Shown here: one piece after another, positions 22,275 through 32,381 of the stretch
Layout of the letters: each line of letters begins with the position of its first letter
How positions within the stretch are numbered: position 1 is the stretch's first letter
From: Trypanosoma brucei
Lineage: Eukaryota
Assembly (NCBI GenBank): GCA_000002445.1
Contig: CP000071.1
Coordinates: forward strand, 2,417,191 to 2,481,190
Direction: 5' to 3'
Length of the DNA stretch: 64,000 bases
The notes under the pieces: model-generated
The model's input: only the letters and a program-made list of their open reading frames with translations
What the model was told of the DNA's origin: nothing
Databases searched by the model: none
Made by a program: the position numbers and the translations under genes

Positions 22275-23657
22275 ATGCGAGCCACCAAAAAGCATCCGAA
22301 TGATGGAAAGGGAGCCACTACCGATCCATTTGTTGACGGCAGCGATCCAATTCCTTCTGAGGTCGCTGCTTTCGATCCTTCGCAGCAGGAGCATGTTGAT
22401 GTGGTAAAGGAAGTGAAACCCTCGCTTTTCACCGTACTTCTTGAGAAGTTTATTCCCCATGGTGGATTGTGGTCCTGTGCCCTGAACCTGGCCTCTGCTA
22501 CATTGGGTGCTGGCATTTGCTCACTGCCTGCAGGTTTCAATTTGAGTGGGATTGTTATGTCCTGCATTTACCTTGTTTGCGTTGCGGTTGGCACGGTGTA
22601 CTCTCTTAATCTTCTTGCAAAGGTTGCAGTGAAGACGGGATCGCGTAATTACGGAGAAGCTGCCAAAGCAGTGATGGGTCCACTTGCTGGTTACTACACG
22701 GCAGCGCTTATGATAGTGATGTGCTTTGGCGGCTCCGTTGCTTACATCATCATTATTGGTATCATTTTGAAGGCTGTGCTCAATCGTGATGGTGTTCCGG
22801 AATATTTGAAATCAGAGAGTGGTAATCGGCTAATGACATCCATGGTGTGGTTGGTGATTATCTTGCCTATGTGCATTCCCAAGCAGGTTAATTCATTGCG
22901 CCACTTATCCTTTGTGGGTGTGATGTTTATTGTGTATTTTTCATGTGTTGTTATTGGCCATTCCATTAATAAGATCATTAATGAGGGTGTCGCTGATGGC
23001 ATCGTGTACATGCGCACTGGAAATAGCGCTTTAGATGGCTTATCACTATTTCTCTTCTCATTTATCTGCCAGCCGAACGCATTTGAAATATTCCGTGAGA
23101 TGAAACACCGGTCGCCGCAACGCTTCACAATATATGGTACTGTCGGCATGTCAATGTGTGCTGTGCTTTACTTCCTGGTTGGTTTATTTGGTTATTTGGA
23201 GTTTGGAGGGGATGCCATTGACACAGTGCTGTCTCTATATGATCCAGGTGAGAATGTTGCCGTTGCAATTGCGTACATTGGGGTTGCTGCCAAGGTTTGT
23301 GTTGCCTTTGCTTTGCACATCATACCAATGCGTGATGCGCTGTACCATTGTACGGGTTGGCATGTTGATACTGTACCGTACTGGAAGCATTCCCTTATTG
23401 TGACGTCTATTACTTTAGCGGCTCTACTAATGGGACTCTTCATTCCGAAAGCATCCACTGTTTTTGGTCTCGTTGGTGCTTTCTGTGGTGGTCATATCGG
23501 ACTTGTGTTGCCTCCGTTGTTCTACATGTACTCAGGTGGCTTCACGAGGGAAAAAGTTGGTAATATTGATTTCTTTGGCACTTATCTCCTTCTTTTTGTT
23601 GGTGTTGTGGCTGTTGTATTTGGCACGGTTTCAACAATATACAACACGGTGCCGTAG
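22275..23657 (+). CDS. Amino acid transporter (AAT family), A-type copy 2, 460 aa.
   Basis: First ATG at 22275 (the track TTG is at 22257). It is near-identical to 14036-15418 apart from a few substitutions (L->S in DPSQQ; A->T in LFTV). Confidence 0.85.
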   Translation: MRATKKHPNDGKGATTDPFVDGSDPIPSEVAAFDPSQQEHVDVVKEVKPSLFTVLLEKFIPHGGLWSCALNLASATLGAGICSLPAGFNLSGIVMSCIYLVCVAVGTVYSLNLLAKVAVKTGSRNYGEAAKAVMGPLAGYYTAALMIVMCFGGSVAYIIIIGIILKAVLNRDGVPEYLKSESGNRLMTSMVWLVIILPMCIPKQVNSLRHLSFVGVMFIVYFSCVVIGHSINKIINEGVADGIVYMRTGNSALDGLSLFLFSFICQPNAFEIFREMKHRSPQRFTIYGTVGMSMCAVLYFLVGLFGYLEFGGDAIDTVLSLYDPGENVAVAIAYIGVAAKVCVAFALHIIPMRDALYHCTGWHVDTVPYWKHSLIVTSITLAALLMGLFIPKASTVFGLVGAFCGGHIGLVLPPLFYMYSGGFTREKVGNIDFFGTYLLLFVGVVAVVFGTVSTIYNTVP

Positions 23658-24414
23658 TATGATGATGATTTCTACGCGAGTATGTTCTTGGTGCACACAT
23701 ACTTTATTTTTTATCCATAGGTATTGCTTGTGTATATCCACATGCGCAAATATATATTTATATATTTGTACCGTGTAATATTTAATGGGTTGTGATTTCT
23801 TTCATTTTCTTTGCAGTAGCAATATTTCTATGGATCTTCATCTTTCGGTTGCTCCCACATCTTGTCAGTGATTTATCACTATTATTACATTCTTTTGTGA
23901 AAATTATATATGTCGTTTCTTTATGATAACTGAATCCAGTTATTCATTTGTCGTACTCCCTTTTGTTTCCATTTTCCCCAAAAGGAGAGAGCACACACAA
24001 CGGTTGGCGTCCCTTTCCACACTTGTTGTTATTGTTATCATTATTATCGGGGTAAACTTAGCATTATTCCTCCCCTAGTGTCACTGCTGCTGTCAACTGG
24101 GTTATTGTTGTATCTCTTCTCTTTTGTCAGTCTTAGTGATTCAACTGTTGGAGGAAAAGATCAGGGGCAAGACGTTGTGGTAACGTGTAACGAGATCGGA
24201 TATCTGTGTTTGAGTTACTGGTTCCGTTTTTTGTTTGCAGTACACATCTCTTTGTCTGTCGACTTCCTATTGACTTCCAGCACTTTGTATAGAGTTTGCT
24301 ACAGATGTATTTATTATCTTCTTTCTGGTATGTCTTTCAAAATCTCTTCGTTTTCACTTGGATGTTATATTACTATCTTGAAGCGTAAGGTTCGTATCAT
24401 AATACGCTACCAAT

Positions 24415-25800
24415 ATGACGAATCAATCCAGCGGGGGCAATGACAGGGGCCGTCGTGACACGGATCCTTTTGCTCACGCTGGTGATGTAAAATTATCTTC
24501 TGACGCTATTGCACTTGATGTAACTCAGAAAGGCCAGGATGATGTGGTAAAGGAAGTGAAACCCTCGCTTTTCACCGTACTTCTTGAGAAGTTTATTCCC
24601 CATGGTGGATTGTGGTCCTGTGCCCTGAACCTGGCCTCTGCTACATTGGGTGCTGGCATTTGCTCACTTCCGACTGGTTTCAATTTGAGTGGGATTGTTA
24701 TGTCCTGCATTTACCTTGTTTGCGTTGCGGTTGGCACGGTGTACTCTCTTAATCTTCTTGCAAAGGTTGCAGTGAAGACGGGATCGCGTAATTACGGAGA
24801 AGCTGCGCGGATGGTGATGGGTCCACTTACTGGTTACTACGCGGCAGCGCTTATGATAGCGATGTGCTTTGGAGGTAACGTTGCTTACATCATCATTATT
24901 GGTATCATTTTGAAGGCTGTGCTCAATCGTGATGGTGTTCCGGAATATTTGAAATCAGAAAGTGGTAATCGGCTAATGACATCCATGGTGTGGTTGGTGA
25001 TTATCTTGCCTATGTGCATTCCCAAGCAGGTTAATTCATTGCGCCACTTATCCTTTGTGGGTGTGATGTTTATTGTGTATTTTTCATGTGTTGTTATTGG
25101 CCATTCCATTAATAAGATCATTAATGAGGGTGTCGCTGATGGCATCGTGTACATGCGCACTGGAAATAGCGCTTTAGATGGCTTATCACTATTTCTCTTC
25201 TCATTTATCTGCCAGTCGAACGCATTTGAAATATTCCGTGAGATGAAACACCGGTCGCCGCAACGCTTCACAATATATGGTACTGTCGGCATGTCAATAT
25301 GTGCTGTGCTTTACTTCCTGGTTGGTTTATTTGGTTATTTGGAGTTTGGAGGGGATGCCATTGACACAGTGCTGTCTCTATATGATCCAGGTGAGAATGT
25401 TGCCCTTGCAATTGCGTACATTGGGGTTGCAATTAAAATAACAGTTGCTCATGCTCTACACGCTATTCCCATACGTGACGGTCTGTACCATTGTGTGGGT
25501 TGGCATGTTGATACTGTACCGTATTGGAAGCATGTTGTTGTGGTTGTAACTATTAACTTTACCTCACTGATTATTGGACTCTTCATTCCGAAAGCATCCA
25601 CTGTTTTTGGTCTCGTTGGTGCTTTCTGTGGTGGTCATATCGGACTTGTGTTGCCTCCGTTGTTCTACATGTACTCAGGTGGCTTCACGAGGGAAAAAGT
25701 TGGTAATATTGATTTCTTTGGCGCTTATCTCCTTCTTTTTGTTGGTGTTGTGGCTGTTGTATTTGGCACGGTTTCAACAATATACAACACGGTGCCGTAG
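24415..25800 (+). CDS. Amino acid transporter (AAT family), mosaic B/A/B/A copy, 461 aa.
   Basis: ATG at 24415. The N-terminus is B-type (to about 24885). The middle is A-type (MFIVYFSCVVIGH, TVGMSICAVLY, GGDAIDT; about 24930-25360). Then it is B-type again (VAIKITVAHALHAIPIRDGLYHCVGW...VVVVVTINFTSLIIG; about 25390-25580). The C-terminus and downstream sequence are A-type (TVSTIYNTVP). Confidence 0.85.
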   Translation: MTNQSSGGNDRGRRDTDPFAHAGDVKLSSDAIALDVTQKGQDDVVKEVKPSLFTVLLEKFIPHGGLWSCALNLASATLGAGICSLPTGFNLSGIVMSCIYLVCVAVGTVYSLNLLAKVAVKTGSRNYGEAARMVMGPLTGYYAAALMIAMCFGGNVAYIIIIGIILKAVLNRDGVPEYLKSESGNRLMTSMVWLVIILPMCIPKQVNSLRHLSFVGVMFIVYFSCVVIGHSINKIINEGVADGIVYMRTGNSALDGLSLFLFSFICQSNAFEIFREMKHRSPQRFTIYGTVGMSICAVLYFLVGLFGYLEFGGDAIDTVLSLYDPGENVALAIAYIGVAIKITVAHALHAIPIRDGLYHCVGWHVDTVPYWKHVVVVVTINFTSLIIGLFIPKASTVFGLVGAFCGGHIGLVLPPLFYMYSGGFTREKVGNIDFFGAYLLLFVGVVAVVFGTVSTIYNTVP

Positions 25801-26550
25801 TATGATGATGATTTCTACGCGGGTATGTTCTTGGTGTACACATACTTTATTTCTAGGTATTGCTTGTGTATATCCACATGCGCAAATATTTATTTATATA
25901 TTTGTACCGTGTAATATTTAATGGGCTGTGATTTCTTTCATTTTCTTTGCAGTAGCAATATTTCTATGGATCTTCATCTTTCAGTTGCTCCCACATCTTG
26001 TCAGTGATTTATCACTATTATTACATTCTTTTGTGAAAATTATATATGTCGTTTCTTTATGATAACTGAATCCAGTTATTCCTTTGTCGTACTCCCTTTT
26101 GTTTCCATTTTCCCCAAAAGGAGAGAGCACACACAACGGTTGGCGTCCCTTTCCACACTTGTTGTTATTGTTATCATTATTATCGGGGTAAACTTAGCAT
26201 TATTCCTCCCCTAGTGTCACTGCTGCTGTCAACTGGGTTATTGTTGTATCTCTTCTCTTTTGTCAGTCTTAGTGATTCAACTGTTGGAGGAAAAGATCAG
26301 GGGCAAGACGTTGTGGTAACGTGTAACGAGATCGGATATCTGTGTTTGAGTTACTGGTTCCGTTTTTTGTTTGCAGTACACATCTCTTTGTTTGTCGACT
26401 TCCTATTGACTTCCAGCACTTTGTATAGAGTTTGCTGCAGATGTATTTATTATCTTCTTTCTGGTATGTCTTTCAAAATCTCTTCGTTTTCACTTGGATG
26501 TTATATTACTATCTTGAAGCGTAAGGTTCGTATCATAATACGCTACCAAT

Positions 26551-27933
26551 ATGACGAATCAATCCAGCGGGGGCAATGACAGGGGCCGTCGTGACACGGA
26601 TCCTTTTGCTCACGCTGGTGATGTAAAATTATCTTCTGACGCTATTGCACTTGATGTAACTCAGAAAGGCCAGGATGATGTGGTAAAGGAAGTGAAACCC
26701 TCGCTTTTCACCGTACTTCTTGAGAAGTTTATTCCCCATGGTGGATTGTGGTCCTGTGCCCTGAACCTGGCCTCTGCTACATTGGGTGCTGGCATTTGCT
26801 CACTTCCGACTGGTTTCAATTTGAGTGGGATTGTTATGTCCTGCATTTACCTTGTTTGCGTTGCGGTTGGCACGGTGTACTCTCTTAATCTTCTTGCAAA
26901 GGTTGCAGTGAAGACGGGATCGCGTAATTACGGAGAAGCTGCGCGGATGGTGATGGGTCCACTTGCTGGCTACTACGCGGCAGCGCTTATGATAGCGATG
27001 TGCTTTGGAGGTAACGTTGCTTACATCATCATTATTGGTATCATTTTGAGAGCTCTATTTAGTCGTGATGGTGTTCCGGAATATTTGAAATCAGAGAGTG
27101 GTAATCGGCTAATGACATCCATGGTGTGGTTGGTGATTATCTTGCCTATGTGCATTCCCAAGCAGGTTAATTCATTGCGCCACTTATCCTTTGTGGGTGT
27201 GATGTTTATTGTGTATTTTTCATGTGTTGTTATTGGCCATTCCATTAATAAGATCATTAATGAGGGTGTCGCTGATGGCATCGTGTACATGCGCACTGGA
27301 AATAGCGCTTTAGATGGCTTATCACTATTTCTCTTCTCATTTATCTGCCAGTCGAACGCATTTGAAATATTCCGTGAGATGAAACACCGGTCGCCGCAAC
27401 GCTTCACAATATATGGTACTGTCGGCATGTCAATGTGTGCTGTGCTTTACTTCCTGGTTGGTTTATTTGGTTATTTGGAGTTTGGAGGGGATGCCATTGA
27501 CACAGTGCTGTCTCTATATGATCCAGGTGAGAATGTTGCCGTTGCAATTGCGTACATTGGGGTTGCTGCCAAGGTTTGTGTTGCCTTTGCTTTGCACATC
27601 ATACCAATGCGTGATGCGCTGTACCATTGTACGGGTTGGCATGTTGATACTGTACCTTACTGGAAGCATTCCCTTATTGTGACGTCTATTACTTTAGCGG
27701 CTCTACTAGTGGGACTCTTCATTCCGAAAGCATCCACTGTTTTTGGTCTCGTTGGTGCTTTCTGTGGTGGTCATATCGGACTTGTGTTGCCTCCGTTGTT
27801 CTACATGTACTCAGGTGGCTTCACGAGGGAAAAAGTTGGTAATATTGATTTCTTTGGTACTTATCTCCTTCTTTTTGTTGGTGTTGTGGCTGTTGTACTT
27901 GGTACTGGATCGGCAGTATATTATGCTGTGTAG
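26551..27933 (+). CDS. Amino acid transporter (AAT family), mosaic B/A copy with a unique C-terminus, 460 aa.
   Basis: ATG at 26551. The N-terminal third is B-type. The rest is A-type from about 27070. It has a unique cluster at 27047-27062 (RALFS instead of KAVLN) and a unique terminus (VVLGTGSAVYYAV). Confidence 0.8.
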   Translation: MTNQSSGGNDRGRRDTDPFAHAGDVKLSSDAIALDVTQKGQDDVVKEVKPSLFTVLLEKFIPHGGLWSCALNLASATLGAGICSLPTGFNLSGIVMSCIYLVCVAVGTVYSLNLLAKVAVKTGSRNYGEAARMVMGPLAGYYAAALMIAMCFGGNVAYIIIIGIILRALFSRDGVPEYLKSESGNRLMTSMVWLVIILPMCIPKQVNSLRHLSFVGVMFIVYFSCVVIGHSINKIINEGVADGIVYMRTGNSALDGLSLFLFSFICQSNAFEIFREMKHRSPQRFTIYGTVGMSMCAVLYFLVGLFGYLEFGGDAIDTVLSLYDPGENVAVAIAYIGVAAKVCVAFALHIIPMRDALYHCTGWHVDTVPYWKHSLIVTSITLAALLVGLFIPKASTVFGLVGAFCGGHIGLVLPPLFYMYSGGFTREKVGNIDFFGTYLLLFVGVVAVVLGTGSAVYYAV

Positions 27934-28398
27934 TTGTTTTTTATGTTAATCGTTGAATATTGTGGGAAGGCACTAGTTTTTTTTTCCTGGATGTTGTGGG
28001 GACACTGTTTTTTATGAGGCCAAGTAATGTTTTTCTGTTTTTTAATATTTGTTTAAAAATTTTTTCTTTGTGGTTTTTATTTTTAATTTATTTTGTTGTT
28101 GCTGATTAATTGTTTAGTGTACGCCGCTTCGTGTTGTATCCTTATTTTGCTGTACTGTTAAGTGTAGTAGCTTGCTTTTGTTGTTACGGATGAATCGGGG
28201 TTGTATCGTCGCTTTGCGGGTAACCTCCGATGATTTTTTCTTCTTCCTTCTTTGCCCCAGCTGGATGCCGTACGCGACAATCTCGAAGGGAGTTTTCCTT
28301 TATTTAGAATATAAGATATTTCCCCCCTATTATTGCTGTCGTGTCGTTGCGGGTTTTAGCTTTATCGAAGCTTAATAATGTTTGTTGCTAACGGTGGG

Positions 28399-28612
28399 GT
28401 TCTATACATGCGCCCTAATTTCTGCCACACATTCTACTAATTTTGTTGTTTCGTTCCTTCTCTTATCCTTATTGCTTCAGGGTTTGTGTAGGTAAAGAAG
28501 TGTCATGACGTGATGTGTATTGGCTGCGTGTATTTGAAGCCAGACGCTGGTGAAGACTGACAACTTATAGTCGGTGAGAACTGTTAGTTTACTATACGTG
28601 TGGGTTAACGGT
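28399..28612 (+). repeat. Partial third copy of the array upstream element U, with no gene downstream.
   Basis: About 210 nt (gttctatacatgcgccctaatttctgccacacattctac...tgggttaac) are near-identical to 13581-13800 and 21823-22040. Similarity ends abruptly at about 28612. Confidence 0.85.
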
Positions 28613-29558
28613 AATTAAAGGAATTTCTTAAAAGTTTGTGTGTTTTTTTTTGTAATGGCACGTGGCCGGAGGTTTGATGCGAAGTGGTGTCTGGGGTTGG
28701 GCGCAGCTGTTGCAAAATGAGTTACAAGTTATTTCCTTGTCTGTAATTGCGTTGATTTATACTGGAATGGTGACCTGATGCTTTTGTGAGTTTATGATGT
28801 GTTTGGATGTGCTGCGTCTGTTGTTGGATCGCTGAAGTGTAGTTCCTTTAGTGGCGACGTTGAGGTTTGATTTGTGGTTATGTGGTCTCTTTTGTAGCTT
28901 TGTGGTGTTTATGTAGTTTTTTTTCATCTTTTAGCTCTTATTTGCTTCGAGATTCAGTGGTCAGTGAAGCAGTAGTTTTCGAATTTATATCTGTAGCCTT
29001 TCTGTGTCGCTGGGGTTATTGTTTTTATAGTTGAGTTGGATGGTTGTTGTTGTTGCAAGTTTGTGATTAATTGAGTTACATGTTCTCTAGGATCTTATTG
29101 AGAGATATTTAAAGGTTAGTTCGTGCTCTTAATTTAGAGTAAATGAAGATTATGGGGATTGTCTAGTGGCTTTTCAGTGCGTCATACAGCATTTACATAA
29201 TCGGCCGTCTGCTTATCTTTTTTTTTTTTGTGTGTGTGTGGTAGAACCTAATGGAGATATTATTTTTTGCACATTGGTTTTGTGACTTTAGTTTTGGATC
29301 ATCATGCGAGGTATCCCTCCATATTTAGTTGTTTCTTATTATTGCCATTTGCTGTGTGCTTGTCCTCACATCGTTAAGCCATGGATTTGTTATCTGCCGT
29401 TGTCGATTGTGATTTTGTTGAAAGCAGGTGCGTTATTGCTTCCAATCCATTTCTCTTTTTTTCCCTCATCCGTTTCAATGACACACACGTAAGGGATACA
29501 TATTAGTCCCGTTTGTCTTACTTTTGTTCCTCCCTTCTCACCTTTGCAGCTCACTTTT

Positions 29559-32381
29559 ATGTCTCACAAGCGGGTGGCTCGGCAGCAGCTGCCGATGCCG
29601 TGTTATACATCCACGGGAATGACAGGGATATGTGCCACGTCTCCGACACCCGCAACCCTCCCACTCGATGCGCTGCAACGTATCAGTAGCTTGCGGCAGT
29701 CACTCAGTAGTGTTGTCGCGTCACAAGCGCCTTCACTGGACCGCCCCGATACGCTCAGCTTACATCTACTACAGAATAGTGGCGTGTCCAAGGAGAGTAC
29801 AGTCATGTTTTTGCTCACCTCGTCCCAGCGGCGGATGAAGGAGCTTCTGAATGAGAACCACAGACTTGAACTCCTCTGCATTAAGCAGGAAGACACCATC
29901 AAGGAAATACGAGCTGAGATGTCGATAAACAAGAGGCATCAACATGCAACTGTTGCGGATGATGTGGTCGCCGAAAAGCCTGCCACAAGTTGCGTTCGGT
30001 CCACTCCCTTTGGAGCTCGCCGAATGGGTTTGAGGGATAGAACAGACCGCGGATCTAAGAATGAAGAGCTTGAAAGCCCAGGAAGTTTCATTGGGGCGTT
30101 CCGGAGTTCATCTATCGCTGCAGAGTTGGATGATGTGGTACAGCAACTTGTGAGTACCGCCATCGCATTGTTTCCAGAGCTGGAGGTACGTATGGAGTCC
30201 GCCTGTCACAATGGCGCTGACGAGTGGAGCACCGCTCGCGACATACTTTACTTCATTGAAAGCCACCTTGAAGAGTGGAGCGGCTGCGCATCTCGAGAAA
30301 ATGTTAGCTTTAGGGAGACAAGCATGTTGCTGTCACGGGTCCTTACATGTATAGACACGGACCAGCGGGAGTGGTGTGAGTGTCTTTTCGACATCGCGTA
30401 TAGACTTCAGGCGGCTTGGAGGGGACAAAAGCACGCTATGGAAAGGAGGGATGCCCTCATCTGCAAGCTCGAGGACGATGTCAAGTCGCTCGCCACGGAG
30501 TTATCTGATGCGGTGGAGGTGCGCATGCAATGTGAGTGTCGGTGCGCGGAGTTGGAGGAGACACTTTCACGTATGATGGATAAACGTGCAGTACACGATG
30601 GCAGTGTGCAAAGCTTGCAAGAAGAGCGTAGAATAGTGCGTGATGAGGCCAATTCTCCCTTGGCGTTAGCTGACCAGGAGGGTATCACCGTTATCGAGGC
30701 CTCTGGCGTAAAGCGGGACGTGCCGGGAATGAGCGATGGGACCATGCCCAAGATGTCTGAGGATTCCCTCCGGAGAGCTGTAGTGGAGCACGATGCGGAA
30801 GCGCTGCGACTCTCGTTGGATCGCATCACCAAGGAGCGGGATGAGCTGCGGGCGCAGCTCAGAGTAGTGAATGATGCGTTAGATGAAGCGGAGCTGCGTG
30901 TGAAAGTTGTGGGGACGGAGCGGGAGATGCTTCAATCTGAAGTGGGAGAGTTAAAGTATTGCGGTGGCATGCTAACAGTCGGCTCCACGGCTGCGCCACA
31001 GCCATCGCTAAGCTCGACAAGTGAAGCAATGAGGCCGTGGTGCGGACCACTTCTTTCCCGTGGCTGTGACCATGATCTCGCTGAAGGTGGTGATGCTGCT
31101 TCGAATGTTTCTATTACCGGTCTCTTACACGTGATTAGCGATACAACCGTTGATATTTTCTCGGTGGCGCATGAGCATAGTAGTTTGAGGTCTCCAGGGC
31201 TGCTTTTCCACGTTGGCTGCGCCATTGCTCTGGACTCTGGGGCCTTCAACAACATGCCAAAACCGGATTTATCCTTAACTGCGTGGAAGCGACTACTGCT
31301 TCACTTTCAGAATGGGTTTGTGGATGTCCCCTTCCATAACGCCGATCGTGCAGCGGACAGTTTGCAGTTCTTCTATAGTCTTCTGTTCCATTCGGGAATG
31401 GTGGAGCACATGGCTGATGTGGAAATCATTGCTTCCATTACGTCTGCATTATGTGCTATGTACGTTTATGTCACTCCTTCAAGTGAGGGGTGCAGGTCAT
31501 TAGATGTTTACTCGAACAGTTGTGCTGGTGGCAGCTCGGATTCTTGTGAACCTCTGCTACTGGAACATAGCTGTAGTTATGAAACCATCTGTCGGCTGAT
31601 GGAGCGCAGCCGGTTTGACTTCGCGGCGCTTTGGGAAGCGGAGGATCGTGCACTTCTTTTCCAGACGATGAAGGCCCTTCTGCTACCACAGGTGTCGTTG
31701 TACCAACTGGAGAGTCTCATGTACACTAGTGGAATTGAGGCGGTCAGCAACATTTCTTCACGACTGCATGACCCACCGGTTCGCCATCAGCTCATTCGGT
31801 TGCTCGTTGCACTTGCCCACCATGCCTTTACTATGCGCAGTGCTTCCGTGAACAAGTACTGGGCAAATGAGAGGTTTAGTTTATACCAACACCAGATGCG
31901 CTTCAGAAATGAGTTTGGCGAGGAGAGTATTGAGGTTCCATACAATATGAGAGCGGTTGCGGAAGCGCAGTTGTTGTTGATCAGTACTACTGTACTTCCA
32001 CTGTGCGAAGCTGTGGTTGGTGTGTTTCCTAGATTGCAACCGTGCTTAGTAGCTCTTCGAGGGAATTTGCACATGTGGACATTATGTGGATCTAACGGCG
32101 GCAGCACGTCTCCCTCCTCCATCGCATCAGTCCTTGAGCAGGTGACAACACCCTCAACATCCGAAGAGAAACTTCCGCCCGGTGCCGCCAATTTCAAGCT
32201 TGTTTCATCGGAGGAAATAAAGCGTGGCTCCCTTGTGGTGGATACCGGTGGATTCATATCAATGCAGGAGGAGATATCGGCTCTTTACAAGGAGAATGCA
32301 GTGCTCCGTGACATGCTGCAGAAACTTTTTCATGAGATGGATTCGGCCCGACAACATGTGAGGGTCGTGGGGGATGAATAA
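29559..32381 (+). CDS. Hypothetical protein (about 940 aa) with coiled-coil segments.
   Basis: The track start at 29544 is TTG and the first ATG is at 29559 (MSHKRVARQQLPMP...). It is a long ORF ending TAA at 32379-32381. Coiled-coil stretches occur around aa 100-130 and 400-470. Confidence 0.55.
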   Translation: MSHKRVARQQLPMPCYTSTGMTGICATSPTPATLPLDALQRISSLRQSLSSVVASQAPSLDRPDTLSLHLLQNSGVSKESTVMFLLTSSQRRMKELLNENHRLELLCIKQEDTIKEIRAEMSINKRHQHATVADDVVAEKPATSCVRSTPFGARRMGLRDRTDRGSKNEELESPGSFIGAFRSSSIAAELDDVVQQLVSTAIALFPELEVRMESACHNGADEWSTARDILYFIESHLEEWSGCASRENVSFRETSMLLSRVLTCIDTDQREWCECLFDIAYRLQAAWRGQKHAMERRDALICKLEDDVKSLATELSDAVEVRMQCECRCAELEETLSRMMDKRAVHDGSVQSLQEERRIVRDEANSPLALADQEGITVIEASGVKRDVPGMSDGTMPKMSEDSLRRAVVEHDAEALRLSLDRITKERDELRAQLRVVNDALDEAELRVKVVGTEREMLQSEVGELKYCGGMLTVGSTAAPQPSLSSTSEAMRPWCGPLLSRGCDHDLAEGGDAASNVSITGLLHVISDTTVDIFSVAHEHSSLRSPGLLFHVGCAIALDSGAFNNMPKPDLSLTAWKRLLLHFQNGFVDVPFHNADRAADSLQFFYSLLFHSGMVEHMADVEIIASITSALCAMYVYVTPSSEGCRSLDVYSNSCAGGSSDSCEPLLLEHSCSYETICRLMERSRFDFAALWEAEDRALLFQTMKALLLPQVSLYQLESLMYTSGIEAVSNISSRLHDPPVRHQLIRLLVALAHHAFTMRSASVNKYWANERFSLYQHQMRFRNEFGEESIEVPYNMRAVAEAQLLLISTTVLPLCEAVVGVFPRLQPCLVALRGNLHMWTLCGSNGGSTSPSSIASVLEQVTTPSTSEEKLPPGAANFKLVSSEEIKRGSLVVDTGGFISMQEEISALYKENAVLRDMLQKLFHEMDSARQHVRVVGDE

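Larger units (their letters stand above)
13584..28612 (+). repeat. Tandem array of amino-acid-transporter genes. The layout is [U-A-I-B], a 4.3 kb non-repeat block, [U-A-I-B'], [I-B''], then a partial U.
   Basis: The upstream element U occurs at 13584-14035, 21823-22274 and partially at 28399-28612. The A-to-B intergenic element I occurs at 15419-16175, 23658-24414 and 25801-26550 (the last carries a small deletion). Copies are near-identical at nucleotide level by direct comparison. Confidence 0.9.
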
